Part shown: one piece after another, positions 12,107 to 21,926 of the stretch
Layout: every line of letters begins with the position of its first letter
Numbering within the stretch: position 1 is the first letter of the stretch
Source: Dicyema japonicum
Taxonomy: Eukaryota; Animalia; Dicyemida
Direction: 5' to 3'
NCBI GenBank assembly: GCA_011109175.1
Contig: RDEW01000012.1
Location: 717,932-751,973, forward strand
DNA length: 34,042 nt
Program-made: the position numbers and the translations under genes
The notes under the pieces: model-generated
What the model saw: the letters and a program-made list of their open reading frames with translations, nothing else
The model's database searches: none
Told to the model about the DNA's origin: nothing

Positions 12107-12674
12107 ATTTTTCCCAATAAAATACCAATATCGAACATTTGGATCGTTTGATGGATCACAGTCATGTGCTGAATAAAACTATCTCAAACCTTTTTCAATA
12201 AAATGTGAATATGAGAGATTATTGTAAAATTTTATTGCTAAAGAATATAATGTGAGAATATTACCATTCTCAAAAAATACGGATATATATCCGCATCTGT
12301 AATAATCTCCATGTTCAATATGCGGAAGATATGTTGTATTTGTATAAATTTCATTATCTTTATGGAAGATATGTTGTATTTGTATAAATTTCACTATTAA
12401 ATACTAGAATTTAATTCTATTTTTATTGAGATGTTGTAAAATTCGTCTGAGAATTTAATAAAAAACTGGTAGATCAAGTTATTCTTTTGGATTGTAACTG
12501 ACATTTCATCAAAAGACAATTGGAAATACTTACAATTGAATTATCGCTTGTCTACCATTATTATTTATAAAATACATTTGTAATTGTACTTTTCAATAAA
12601 CTTTTAAAATCTATTGACGTTCTATAAATAAAGTCGAAATTCGTTATTGAGAACAAAAACATTAACAACAACAT
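12107..12674 (-). pseudogene. Second LAMP-like paralog (5' part, runs into the gap; apparent 1-nt frameshift)
   Basis: 12107-12545 is highly similar to 10505-10920. A candidate hydrophobic start MLLLMFLFSIT lies at 12674. The 21-nt intron is conserved. There is a 1-nt deletion versus copy 1 near 12520. Confidence 0.6.
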
Positions 12675-12849
12675 AAATATGTAAAATGAACACGTCGATG
12701 TGTATAATTTAGGTCACTTGTATTGATGAATTTATTTTTAATAATTTAAATAAATGATATTTATAATGATTTTATAATTATAATAATCTTATTTTCATTA
12801 ATTCATTAATCAAAATAGTCCTATGCCTTCCTGGCTGAATGTAACGTAC

Positions 12850-13450
12850 CCTCTAATGAAGATTGCATTATGAAAACTATTCCGCTAAAGAATGAAGTGA
12901 TGTCTGCGACGGTAGGACGTGGGACAAAAAATGGAAGAGAGCGGAATTACTTCTCCACCTCTCTTCGGAAACAAAGGCTTGTAATGAAATATTGGAAGAT
13001 GGATTTGGTCGGCACAAGCAGATGTTCTCCCTTTGGTTCCATTTTTTTTATAAAAGTTTTCCTCCCCTATGGCTTTGATAACCTATTGCAGTTGACATAT
13101 TCATTTCTGAGCATCTCCCTGGTAGCTCATGAACTATAAACGCATTGTATATAGCTTGAGTAAATTTTGATTATAGTCAATTAAATTAGATTGGACCTCG
13201 TGAAAGTTCTTTCTAGCAATATTTTCTTCTATTTACGACGCGTGCCACAGTTAATTTGGATTCAAAACACGGAGATCAAAGACACAAATAGCCTGAGGTC
13301 ACAAATGACGTCGCAGTTAAAACCAATGATAACGATTCTCAACTAAAATCCTTTGCACTGACTTCCTGAAATTTTATGAAGTTGGCATAGGTGAGTTAAT
13401 TTATGCTGACGACGTCGACTTCATACAGAGGGATAGACGATGTCTCTTAA
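12850..13450 (+). mobile_element. Highly decayed RTE-like RT fragment
   Basis: IYADDVDFI at about 13402-13428, plus degenerate upstream GF/STAD- and D.S.AF-like remnants. Confidence 0.45.
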
Positions 13451-13545
13451 TGAACTTGAATAATGGTTCCTAATAATTATAACTGAGTAAATTTAATAAT
13501 AAATGTTTTAATTGCTATAACTGAGTAAATTTAATAATAAATGTT

Positions 13546-14067
13546 TTAATTTTTGCGCATTTTTTTCAGCGATTTTTCCAAATCATTGGCTATTTTCTTG
13601 AGTATCTGGATGGACTCCTAGTATATCTTTACGTTGACAAAGAAGACGTTAGGTCACAACCGTTCGTAGATAGCCTCGTGGGAATTGAATTCTGAATTAC
13701 TGGGCTTCTCGTTGGCCACAACGTAGATTAAGGGAGAGTCCTTTCTGAGGCTTCGTATCTTCATTTGTAGGTTGTACACGTGTTTGAAGGACCGTTGTTC
13801 ATGTTGGTCAAACACGAGGATGAATGCGTCCGACTCCACAATGTTGATCCTCTCCATTGAAGGAAAGAAACAGCTCCCACCTGAGTCGATGACTTTAAGG
13901 TTGATTTCTTTCTTTAAAACTCTCATTTTGAGATTGTAGCAGTTCTCTACGGTGGCTTTGTACGGTCTCTCTTGGTGAGGGAACATGATGCTCTCTATGA
14001 AGGACGTCTTCCCAGTTAGAGGACTACCCATTATACACAACCGTATCTGTTTCTGACAGTTCAGCAT
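13546..14067 (-). pseudogene. RasD/Rhes/Di-Ras-like small GTPase, intronless, with two in-frame stops in the C-terminal part
   Basis: G1 GSPLTGKT, effector YKATVEN, G3 DSGG followed by FPSM..I..SDAFILVF (typical of RasD/Di-Ras). G4 is degenerate (VANEK). The frame continues ERL*PNVFFVNVKIY*ESIQILKKIA..KN*. No CAAX motif. Confidence 0.7.
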
Positions 14068-14852
14068 TATTTTTAGTAAATCACCTGTTTTATATATTCA
14101 CATTGATCGGTTCTATTAATAGGAACTGTGGAGGTCATAACTTTTGTTGGCCTTTCTTTCATTTCGGGGACATTTCGTTCATAATATTTTGGCTGTTTGC
14201 TCGGGGGATAGCTTTATTAAATGTTTCCATCTCCTCAAGGTCGATATGCCACCTTGTCCCCTAGACTTGTAAACATTGGAAATAAAAGCTGTGACATAAG
14301 GAGAAACGGATGCACGAATATGTAGGTTTGAATCCCATCGGACTCCAATTGGATGAAATTGGAGAAGTCTAGTTTGGGGAGAACAAGGTTATTACTTCTC
14401 GAATGTTCTTACAATAAGGAATTTGAGTTTTCAAGACGAATATCATCCACCCTACATAAAATACGATGAGCTATCCAAACTCTAAGCTTTCCGTGAGTAG
14501 GGGTACCACGAGCATATGAGTTTTCAAAAAATAATTTCTTAAATTTTGTGGCCTAACATGATCGAAAATCAAAAATGATAGATTTATAAAATATGGTTAT
14601 AAAATGAAATAAGTGAAGGAATCTAACGTGGAAGATTATCCAGGGTGTTGCAGAAGAAGATTACTAGTTGCCTTAAAACAATAATAAGTTTGACGAATCA
14701 ACACACTTGATCTCTTCGGATCAATGCACTTATGCACTTATTTAGTAATATAAGTCGATTTATACTAAATATAAATTAACAATTTAAATAAACGTAATTA
14801 ATATTATAAATAAATAAATTTATAATATAAGATAGGTTAATTTCCAGTAGTG

Positions 14853-15200
14853 CAGTGGTGTGAAACTCATTTCGCTTAGAGGGCCGCATTTATAATAATT
14901 CCTCATAAAGGGAAGATTAGTTCTGGTATATTAATTTTTAAGAATATATTTATTATAATTAAAACCAAAAATAAGAGAAAGCTAATTTAATTATTACTCT
15001 TTAATTTTGGGGATTAAATCGCTACTTCCAGAGGATTGACTTCTTTTTTGGATACAATTTTGATATGTCGGGCGTGTTGTTCCAAATTTTGTTAAAACAG
15101 ATAAATTTTCATAAGTGAGTCTCGTTATTTGAGCAGTTTTTGTCAATTTCATAATATAAAAAAGCTGTTCAAGACATATCTCGAACCAAACATAGCAAGA
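14853..15200 (+). mobile_element. Probable hAT (Charlie/Buster-type) left terminus with transposase N-terminal remnant
   Basis: cagtggtgtgaaactcatttcgcttagagggccgcat resembles CAG.GGTGTCAAAC..GGGCC hAT termini. A degenerate RH..(E)TKH BED-finger motif lies near 15173-15193. No right TIR was found. Confidence 0.45.
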
Positions 15201-15871
15201 TTTTTGTCACAAACTTTTTAAAGTTTTAAACTTTCTAGGAAGATACGAAAAAACAGGTATTCCAGCCTCCAAATAATTAGCTTAAGCATAGAATCTGATT
15301 GGATTTCCTATAGTTTCATTTATAAGTTTTCATATGCATTGTAAAAATTAAAAAAATGGTGCAGTTAGTATATTGAGAGAAACCTACAAGTTTTAAAAGA
15401 ATCCTCGGAAACTACAAAAATTAAATGAAGATGACTCAAACATCTCAAGACGATAAAGAGAACGTTTAATGATAATAGCTAAGAATTTTATTTTTAAAGA
15501 ACGAACTTTGTATATGGGAGCAAGGGATGAAACCTCTAAATAGTCTAATCATTTGGAAAATAACCAGACTATCTATTTCAACACTTTATTACATCAGACC
15601 GCCTGTAATACTTAACACCGACAATGTCCAATGATTATGGATCGATTGTGTGAAATACATTGTATATGTGGACAACCTAGAACCCATTATTATTTATTAA
15701 CCCCGGATACACCGAGAAAGAAGTTAAAGTAAACAAATAATTAAGTGTATCCAGTTTTCACTTCTACAGAAACAGAGTCCATCCGGAATCAGCATAAATG
15801 GTAAGACGTCCATAGTTGCAGTTGTGGAAACCCCTCCAGTGGAATGGGGGAGAGCAAATGATCTTTTTCGT

Positions 15872-15925
15872 GCCGACCTGGCACTGGGCGCTACCTAGAC
15901 AGGTGGATCACATGACGCCACTCTA
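15872..15925 (+). repeat. Short dispersed repeat, copy 1 (copy 2 at 29173-29227)
   Basis: gccgacctggcactgggcgctacctagacaggtggatcacatgacgccactcta versus gccatcctagcactagggtttacttgagataggcgcatcacatgacggcacgcta. Both are followed by purine/A-rich tails. Confidence 0.6.
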
Positions 15926-16061
15926 ATAGGAAGAGAGGAGGAACAGACAAACAAAACAGAAACTTGAATCAATTAACCACGAAGCACCACATGGCTCCAC
16001 GCGGCTAATTTTTTTTCATTGGATTCAGGGTCAAGTTGAAAGATTTTAATTTATTAACTCA

Positions 16062-16359
16062 AAGTGTTGGACATCTTCGAAAAGCTTGAATATATTTACG
16101 AGAAAAAACTTTTCTTTTCCTAGTGGCTAATCTATGATTCCATGACCAACCTCACGAGAAAGCTCGGCTTGGATCTGAAATGATTTAATTTAAACGATCA
16201 CTCTACCCTGAAGTGTTGGACATCTTCGAAAAGCTTGAATATATTTACGAGAAAAAACTTTTCTTTTCCTAGTGGCTAATCTATGATTCCATGACCAACC
16301 TCACGAGAAAGCTCGGTTTGGATCTGAAATGATTTAATTTAAACGATCACTCTACCCTG
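16062..16359. repeat. 149 bp direct tandem duplication (2 copies)
   Basis: 16062-16210 and 16211-16359 are identical except for one substitution. Confidence 0.95.
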
Positions 16360-17049
16360 TGGTATCAGTGTTAATTAAATTATAGCATCCAACAGTAACT
16401 TTAATTATGTCGGTTTTCTACGAAATAGGCATATAAACAAATGTGCTAATGAACCACACTCATTTAGAGTCCTAGTTAACAATCAGGGTACGTAAAAGCG
16501 GTTGATATTGGATATTATTAAAATGAACAATACAAAATCCTGATTATTCCTGGTTTGAATCCCGTTCTGTCAACTCCCGTTGAAGGTTCCACATATCTAG
16601 ATGCTTATGGGATTGACAAGTGACACTTCACCAGTGATTCATCACTGCGGAACCGGATTATCTCAGGAACTAACATGCAAGCAAAAAAGTTAGGAACACG
16701 ATGTCCCGGATTAATTAGCATCATTTTTCTTTACCTCTTAAATAAAGCGTGAGTTCTGGCTATGGTGAGGTTTAAGTCATGGAAACATGAGTACTCCTAG
16801 GGGGAAGCACTGAAATACATATCAAACTCTCATTGTTTCCTCTTAACCATCATATTACTTATGCATATATGGTCTCATTTTTATTTTTAAATCGAAAAAT
16901 AAAATAAGTTTAATTAAGCACATTAGTCGGTAACTTTATAGATATTTAAAATAGTCTGAATTTTTAATTGATTATTACTAAATCAACTCGGTCATGACTT
17001 CTGAGAGCGTCAGATGCTCTTGAGAAAAAAACGAAAACTTTCTATTTAT

Positions 17050-18600
17050 CCTTCCACTTGTCTTATGTGAACCGCTTATTAGTTCTGTATTTTTTTCCTT
17101 AAGCCTTTTTCGCCTTATCTGCAAACATAGTCTAGTGTATTTGCAATTTTTTTAATTTAGGCAAGAAAGGTAGATGTCTTTGAGAGATTATCGAAGATAC
17201 AGTAGGATGTTCAGTATTAGTCCTTAGGTATAGTTAGCCAATCAACTTCCTTGGGAATTTGGGACAGATAGATCTTTCGAATCAAGATTTTTCTGGGTAT
17301 CGAGTCAAAGGCCTTGTGATTATTGATAGAGCAAATCAGAGTTTTGTGATGGCTAGGCTTTATGAAAGTGATTAGGCCGCGACATCATCTTGGCTTCAGG
17401 CAAGACAGAAGAGGGCCTTGATGCATGAAATTTCATCAAATTGTTTATTTCCTTTTTACTGTCTTCCAATTTGTGGCTCTTCACCTGATTTTTAACATTA
17501 CTGCTTCACATTTTAAATTATGTTTTTCGCTCACTTAGAGCGGGAGTGAGTTATATCCAGTTACATTCCTTTCTTTTTCTGATGCTGTTTTAATCTCACT
17601 GTCAGGCAGCCGGGTTCTCTCCTTAACTTCCTTTGTTTTTTGAGACTTTTCGTTATATAAATTTTTGTTTTGCGGTCAAATGATTTAGGACTGGGCTGTC
17701 CACTTGTGGATGCATAGTTTGATGGCCACTTATGCTGAAATGTTACACTGCATTATCAAGTGATTTGTAACTTTCTCAGTCTAAGAAAATGGGTAGGGTG
17801 AAATAATATTTTAAGGTATTCTCGTATTTGTCCAGTGATGAGAGTATAGACAGGTAATAATAATAACGATTTATTAACGAGAGTTGAGGGTATTACCTCT
17901 GAGTCCTATCATAAGAGTTGGACTCCACACCTGGACCCTTCCTCTTTTTTAAATTTTTTTTTCAGCACGTTTCTCCCAGTTTTATATACGTGTCCTGGAT
18001 CATTGATCTCCTCCTGAAACCATTGATCCGATCCTCCACAATAATGCTAATCAGTTAACAGCTTGTTTTCGTCCTCGCTTAGACAGTCTTTCAGTTTCCT
18101 GTTTAAGGAGAGCTTAATTGCAGCTCTCCTTGTCTTGTCTAGAAGGGATAAGATTTTCTTCCCTCTTCGGAAAGAAGAACCACCCATGAAGTATGCTAGG
18201 AAGAGTAACTCCATTGAAGATTAACAAGTAGGTGTCACGGTACATAGGAGCGACTGAAAAGCTCTTTTTTTCCAGGTATAAACAGATGGCGGGGTTTTGG
18301 CTTTTAAACTAGGTCAGGTGGTTGAGCTGGTGTTGTGCTCTATTCGTATGTATTAAAATTCCAAGATATTCTATTGAAAATGAGAACTCGTTATGACAAG
18401 GGGTCGTCGTGTAAAAAATATTATTTTTAACAAGAGTAATAATTCTTTCTCCACAGCTAGAGGTCTATCCTCTGATGATGGCATAGCCTGTAAATGTCGG
18501 CGTGGAAGAGGAGAGTATTAGCTTCGTCTCTTTGAGAAGCATACATAAATGTTGTGTTTCTTTAGGATATTTAGGAGATCACTTACCTTTCCTTCCATTC
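17050..18600 (-). mobile_element. Decayed APE-RT LINE remnant
   Basis: LKKHNIYVCF..ETKL..PTFTGYAIIR (APE N-terminus, about 18470-18565), KAFDSIPRKILIRKI (about 17275-17320) and MFAD (about 17120). Confidence 0.55.
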
Positions 18601-19239
18601 CGTTCACATTCAGTTGAATAATGGATATAAATTTTGGTGGTCCCCGGTTTGGTTTGACGTCACAAGAAAGTTTCCCTCAGGTTAGATCAATAGCATCAAC
18701 AAGAGAGTTTTGCTGTAAAGTTAAGTCCACAATTAACACCACCAGAAACAGTAAACAAAATGACTATCACTAACTTACAATTATTATTAACCAAAAGTCA
18801 CCAACAGTTAATTAAAGGAATTAATTAATGATTCCGACAACTCTGAAGAAGCTCTTCAACTTTCCCCGATGTTGGACGTTTGATCCACCACAGCTACGGA
18901 TTGGGAGTGAGTGTTTCCTATATATTCCTCCGACGTGATGTATTTTCTATTTTTCTTTTTAGGTGCGGAATGGTATTTCTGTGGTAGGCACTTTAGTTTT
19001 CGAAGTATTCCAAGCAATTTGTTCTACAAATCCTACCACCAGCCAACTTAAACCCTTTATATTAAAGATTGAGGAAGTGATAAAGGAACGTTTACCTTAT
19101 CTTTCCCTTGTAAACCTAGGAGTGGACTCTGAGTGTTCCTTTCCATAAAAAATTGTAAATTATACTCGATGTGAGTTTAAAGTTAAACATAAAATGACTC
19201 CCAGAAAAATTACTCAAAGCATCAAGATAAGGGATCTCT

Positions 19240-19800
19240 GCTAGAGTTTATCGACAATTCTCTATTGACAAGGATGCCGGCCATGCTCGTGAGGATTGGA
19301 GCCGCACTTATCAGCATTCCCTGCCTTCTTCGTTCTCTCAGCGGGGATTGGACGATGCTATATTGTGGAATTCTTTCTAAGATTTGCTATTGTCATCTAG
19401 TCAACATCGCCGTGCTTGTTTGTTGTCGGGGGGCGTCTTCCGAGAGCGGTACCTGGATAAACGCCATTCCCAATGGAGTTTTGCTTACCTTCCTGGATGA
19501 TGAATGCGTCTGTATTGGGATCTCATTGCGACTGGGATTAAAAGTCTGTGTTCCACATGCGTGCCGATGCGGAGACCAGATTGACTATTTTGGCCTACAC
19601 CCTCTCTACTGCAGGAAGAGTGCAGGCAGATTTCCCAGACACGTGGCCTTGAACGAAGTTGTTAGACGAGCTTTGGAAGCCGTCGGACACTCCTCAATTC
19701 TCGAACCTGTCGATCTTTGCAAAAAAGACGGGAAACGATTGGATGGAATGACAATCTTCCCTTTTTAAGCCGAGAAACTTCATGTCTGGGACGGTTGCCT
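19240..19800 (+). mobile_element. CRE-clade non-LTR retrotransposon remnant (zinc knuckle plus start of RLE)
   Basis: SESGTWINAIPNG..FLDDECVCIGISLRLGL, CRCG..GLHPLYC (CCHC), RHVALNEVV and DGKRLDGMTIFPF. Confidence 0.85.
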
Positions 19801-20199
19801 CTTGCAGTCAGGGCAGCCGATATATAACTGTTTACTCTATTTTCTTTTTTTACGAGATATGGCAAATCATTCATGTTAGCGCTGCATCATGTGGTTCATT
19901 AGCTCTGTAAGTTCTGGTGGAGCTCAAAGGCCGTTAGATGTACCTATAAAAATAATATTCACACTATCGGGAGACAATCCACTCCGTTCACTGCTGCCGC
20001 GACGGATCAGGGTCACACGATTAGTTATTTTGGGTCTATCGTGATCTTTTGAGTCTTAAACTCATATTAGTTCCACAGAGACCATATTTGACCTTTCTGG
20101 TTGAGGTGATGACGACGCCTCTGTTGTACCATGTCTTATTCATATCTTTTACCTACTTGTCCGTTGACTCTGGCATCTTTTAATTGCAGATAACTTAAA

Positions 20200-20400
20200 C
20201 AACCTTACAAGAAACATCAACTGGCATGCGATCTAACAAAATACGACGTTTTTGTCCACAAGAGACAAAAACGACCGTTCAATGTACATAACTGTTTGGC
20301 AAATTCCACCTTTTTACCCTCCCATCTCCCTGCCGATTTTATGGTCTCGGATTTGCAGTCCATCAGGACCTGATTCACTGTGTTACAATAGTGTGGTAAG
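20200..20400 (+). mobile_element. RTE-like APE N-terminal remnant
   Basis: LACDLTKYDVF..QETK..FYGLGFAVHQDL, homologous to the APE at 95-1060. Confidence 0.6.
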
Positions 20401-20524
20401 CATCTGACATTATAATGGAAATCGTGGACGACCTGGACTTCCTAAGAGAACTAGTTCGCAACAGAAGATCATGGTCGAAGCTGACGGGAAAATGATTCGG
20501 AATACGGCACAAGGAAACTTTAAA

Positions 20525-21641
20525 TCATTTATTAATTTCACTAGCACATTGTCCTTTATTAAACTCAATAAGAGCCACCCCTGAGATGACAATGAGGAAG
20601 GAGAACCCTGATCCGACAATATCATGCAAATTCATCTGTTTATAATCTCCGAAAGCAATCGACGAGGCCGTTGTTACTGCCAACGTGAACTCCACTTAGT
20701 ATATGGAGGTTACCAATGAGATTGGGAAGGAATCCAAAGCCTTGTTTAAAAAGTTGACTTGTAGGCACAGAGCAGGACCAATAGCAACACAAATGTACCA
20801 AAACAAAGATCTTGACAGGGCATCCAATAAATATGTAGAGCGAAAGAGAAGACCGAGGGATTTTGACAAAATTACAAGGAGAGATCCGAATAGTGAGCAT
20901 ATTGTGATGTATATTATCGGCGTTTTGTGCCCAAATGAGGGACTGAGAAAATAAAAGATCCCAGAAACAGCAACACAGACTGTGCAATACCCAATAAACT
21001 GTTGACTCGTCAAAGCGGTCTGTATGTCATATTGTGATGTATATTATCGGCGTTTTGTGACCAAATGAGGGACTGAGAAAATAAAAGATCCCAGAAACAG
21101 CAACACAGACTGTGCAATACCCAATAAACTGTTGACTCGTCAAAGCGGTCTGTATGTTCTCCTCTGATAAAGTGAACGAGTCTTTGGGAACGAAATATAT
21201 GATACAAATGCATCCAGTGATGCAAAGCAGGACTCCAACCTTGGCTAGTTTTGACAGTCGTTCGCTGAATATGAAGGAGGCGAATATGAGGCTTTATTTA
21301 AACCATTACAGGATAACCTGAAAAGAAGGCTGACAGACCCAAGAGATGCGACGATTGGGGCAGGAATTTGACTGAGAGCTGTAAAGTTGGCCATCTCACC
21401 AATCCCCACTAAAAATGTCATAAAGGCAATACTAAAGCAAAGACCTGCCCACCAAAACGGGGATTTCAGATAATCGTGTCCTCCGTATTCTACGTGTAAA
21501 AATAGAAGAACTGGCTTTGTTATTGGTAGAATTGTTGTGAGCCTTTTTCTTTAGTACATAGCAAATTCCAATATTGAGTGACGCGAAAATTGTAAGTAGA
21601 ACACCAGCTATAAAACCACGTGAATCATGGGTAGAAATCAT
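20525..21641 (-). pseudogene. NIPA2: NIPA-family magnesium transporter (NIPA2-like), full length but with one in-frame TAA and an internal 130 bp duplication
   Basis: Introns at 21490-21511 (22 nt), 21409-21432 (24) and 21292-21317 (26). Protein includes [48 protein letters not shown] and LQVNFLNKALDSFPISLVTSIY*V. TAA at 20696-20698 replaces the second Y of YYV. Confidence 0.85.
20898..21157. repeat. 130 bp direct tandem duplication inside the NIPA last exon
   Basis: 20898-21027 and 21028-21157 differ by one substitution that is synonymous in the NIPA frame (GGG/GGT). Confidence 0.95.
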
Positions 21642-21926
21642 TCTAATTTAATTAAACAAAAACAACATAAAATTTATAAAATTAGATTTTAAATGTCTCA
21701 TTAACATCACGTGACTTTTTTATATAAATTTGGTGTTAAGTACCGCCATCAACGGAGTTAGCGGAATAGTGATAGCAAATAACCTGGGACCAGCTTTGAA
21801 TATAGATCGGTCTTGAGTTGGAAGGAATGATCTAGGGCATGTAAGTCCTGTTGTGGCATTTCAGATCAAATACGTTGATCTAATTCTTTTATTAGCTACA
21901 GAAAACGATGATCCTTGTTCTGTGAC

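Noticed and set aside
11646-12165. ORFs of 138-161 aa spanning the N run
   Set aside because: Artefacts of the scaffold gap.
14323-14350. tRNA T-arm-like GGTTTGAATCCC (also at about 16552)
   Set aside because: No matching acceptor stem, D arm or anticodon arm at the expected spacing.
14170-14360. WD40-like fragment NILAVCSGDSFIKCF
   Set aside because: A single short motif among stops; no spliced model could be built.
13546-21641. Alternative genetic code (in-frame TGA at Trp and TAG in the GTPase, TAA at Tyr in NIPA)
   Set aside because: Each stop is one substitution from the expected codon. The intact genes (AP3S, MIEAP-like, LAMP-like) have no internal stops, use TGG for Trp and end in TAA or TGA.
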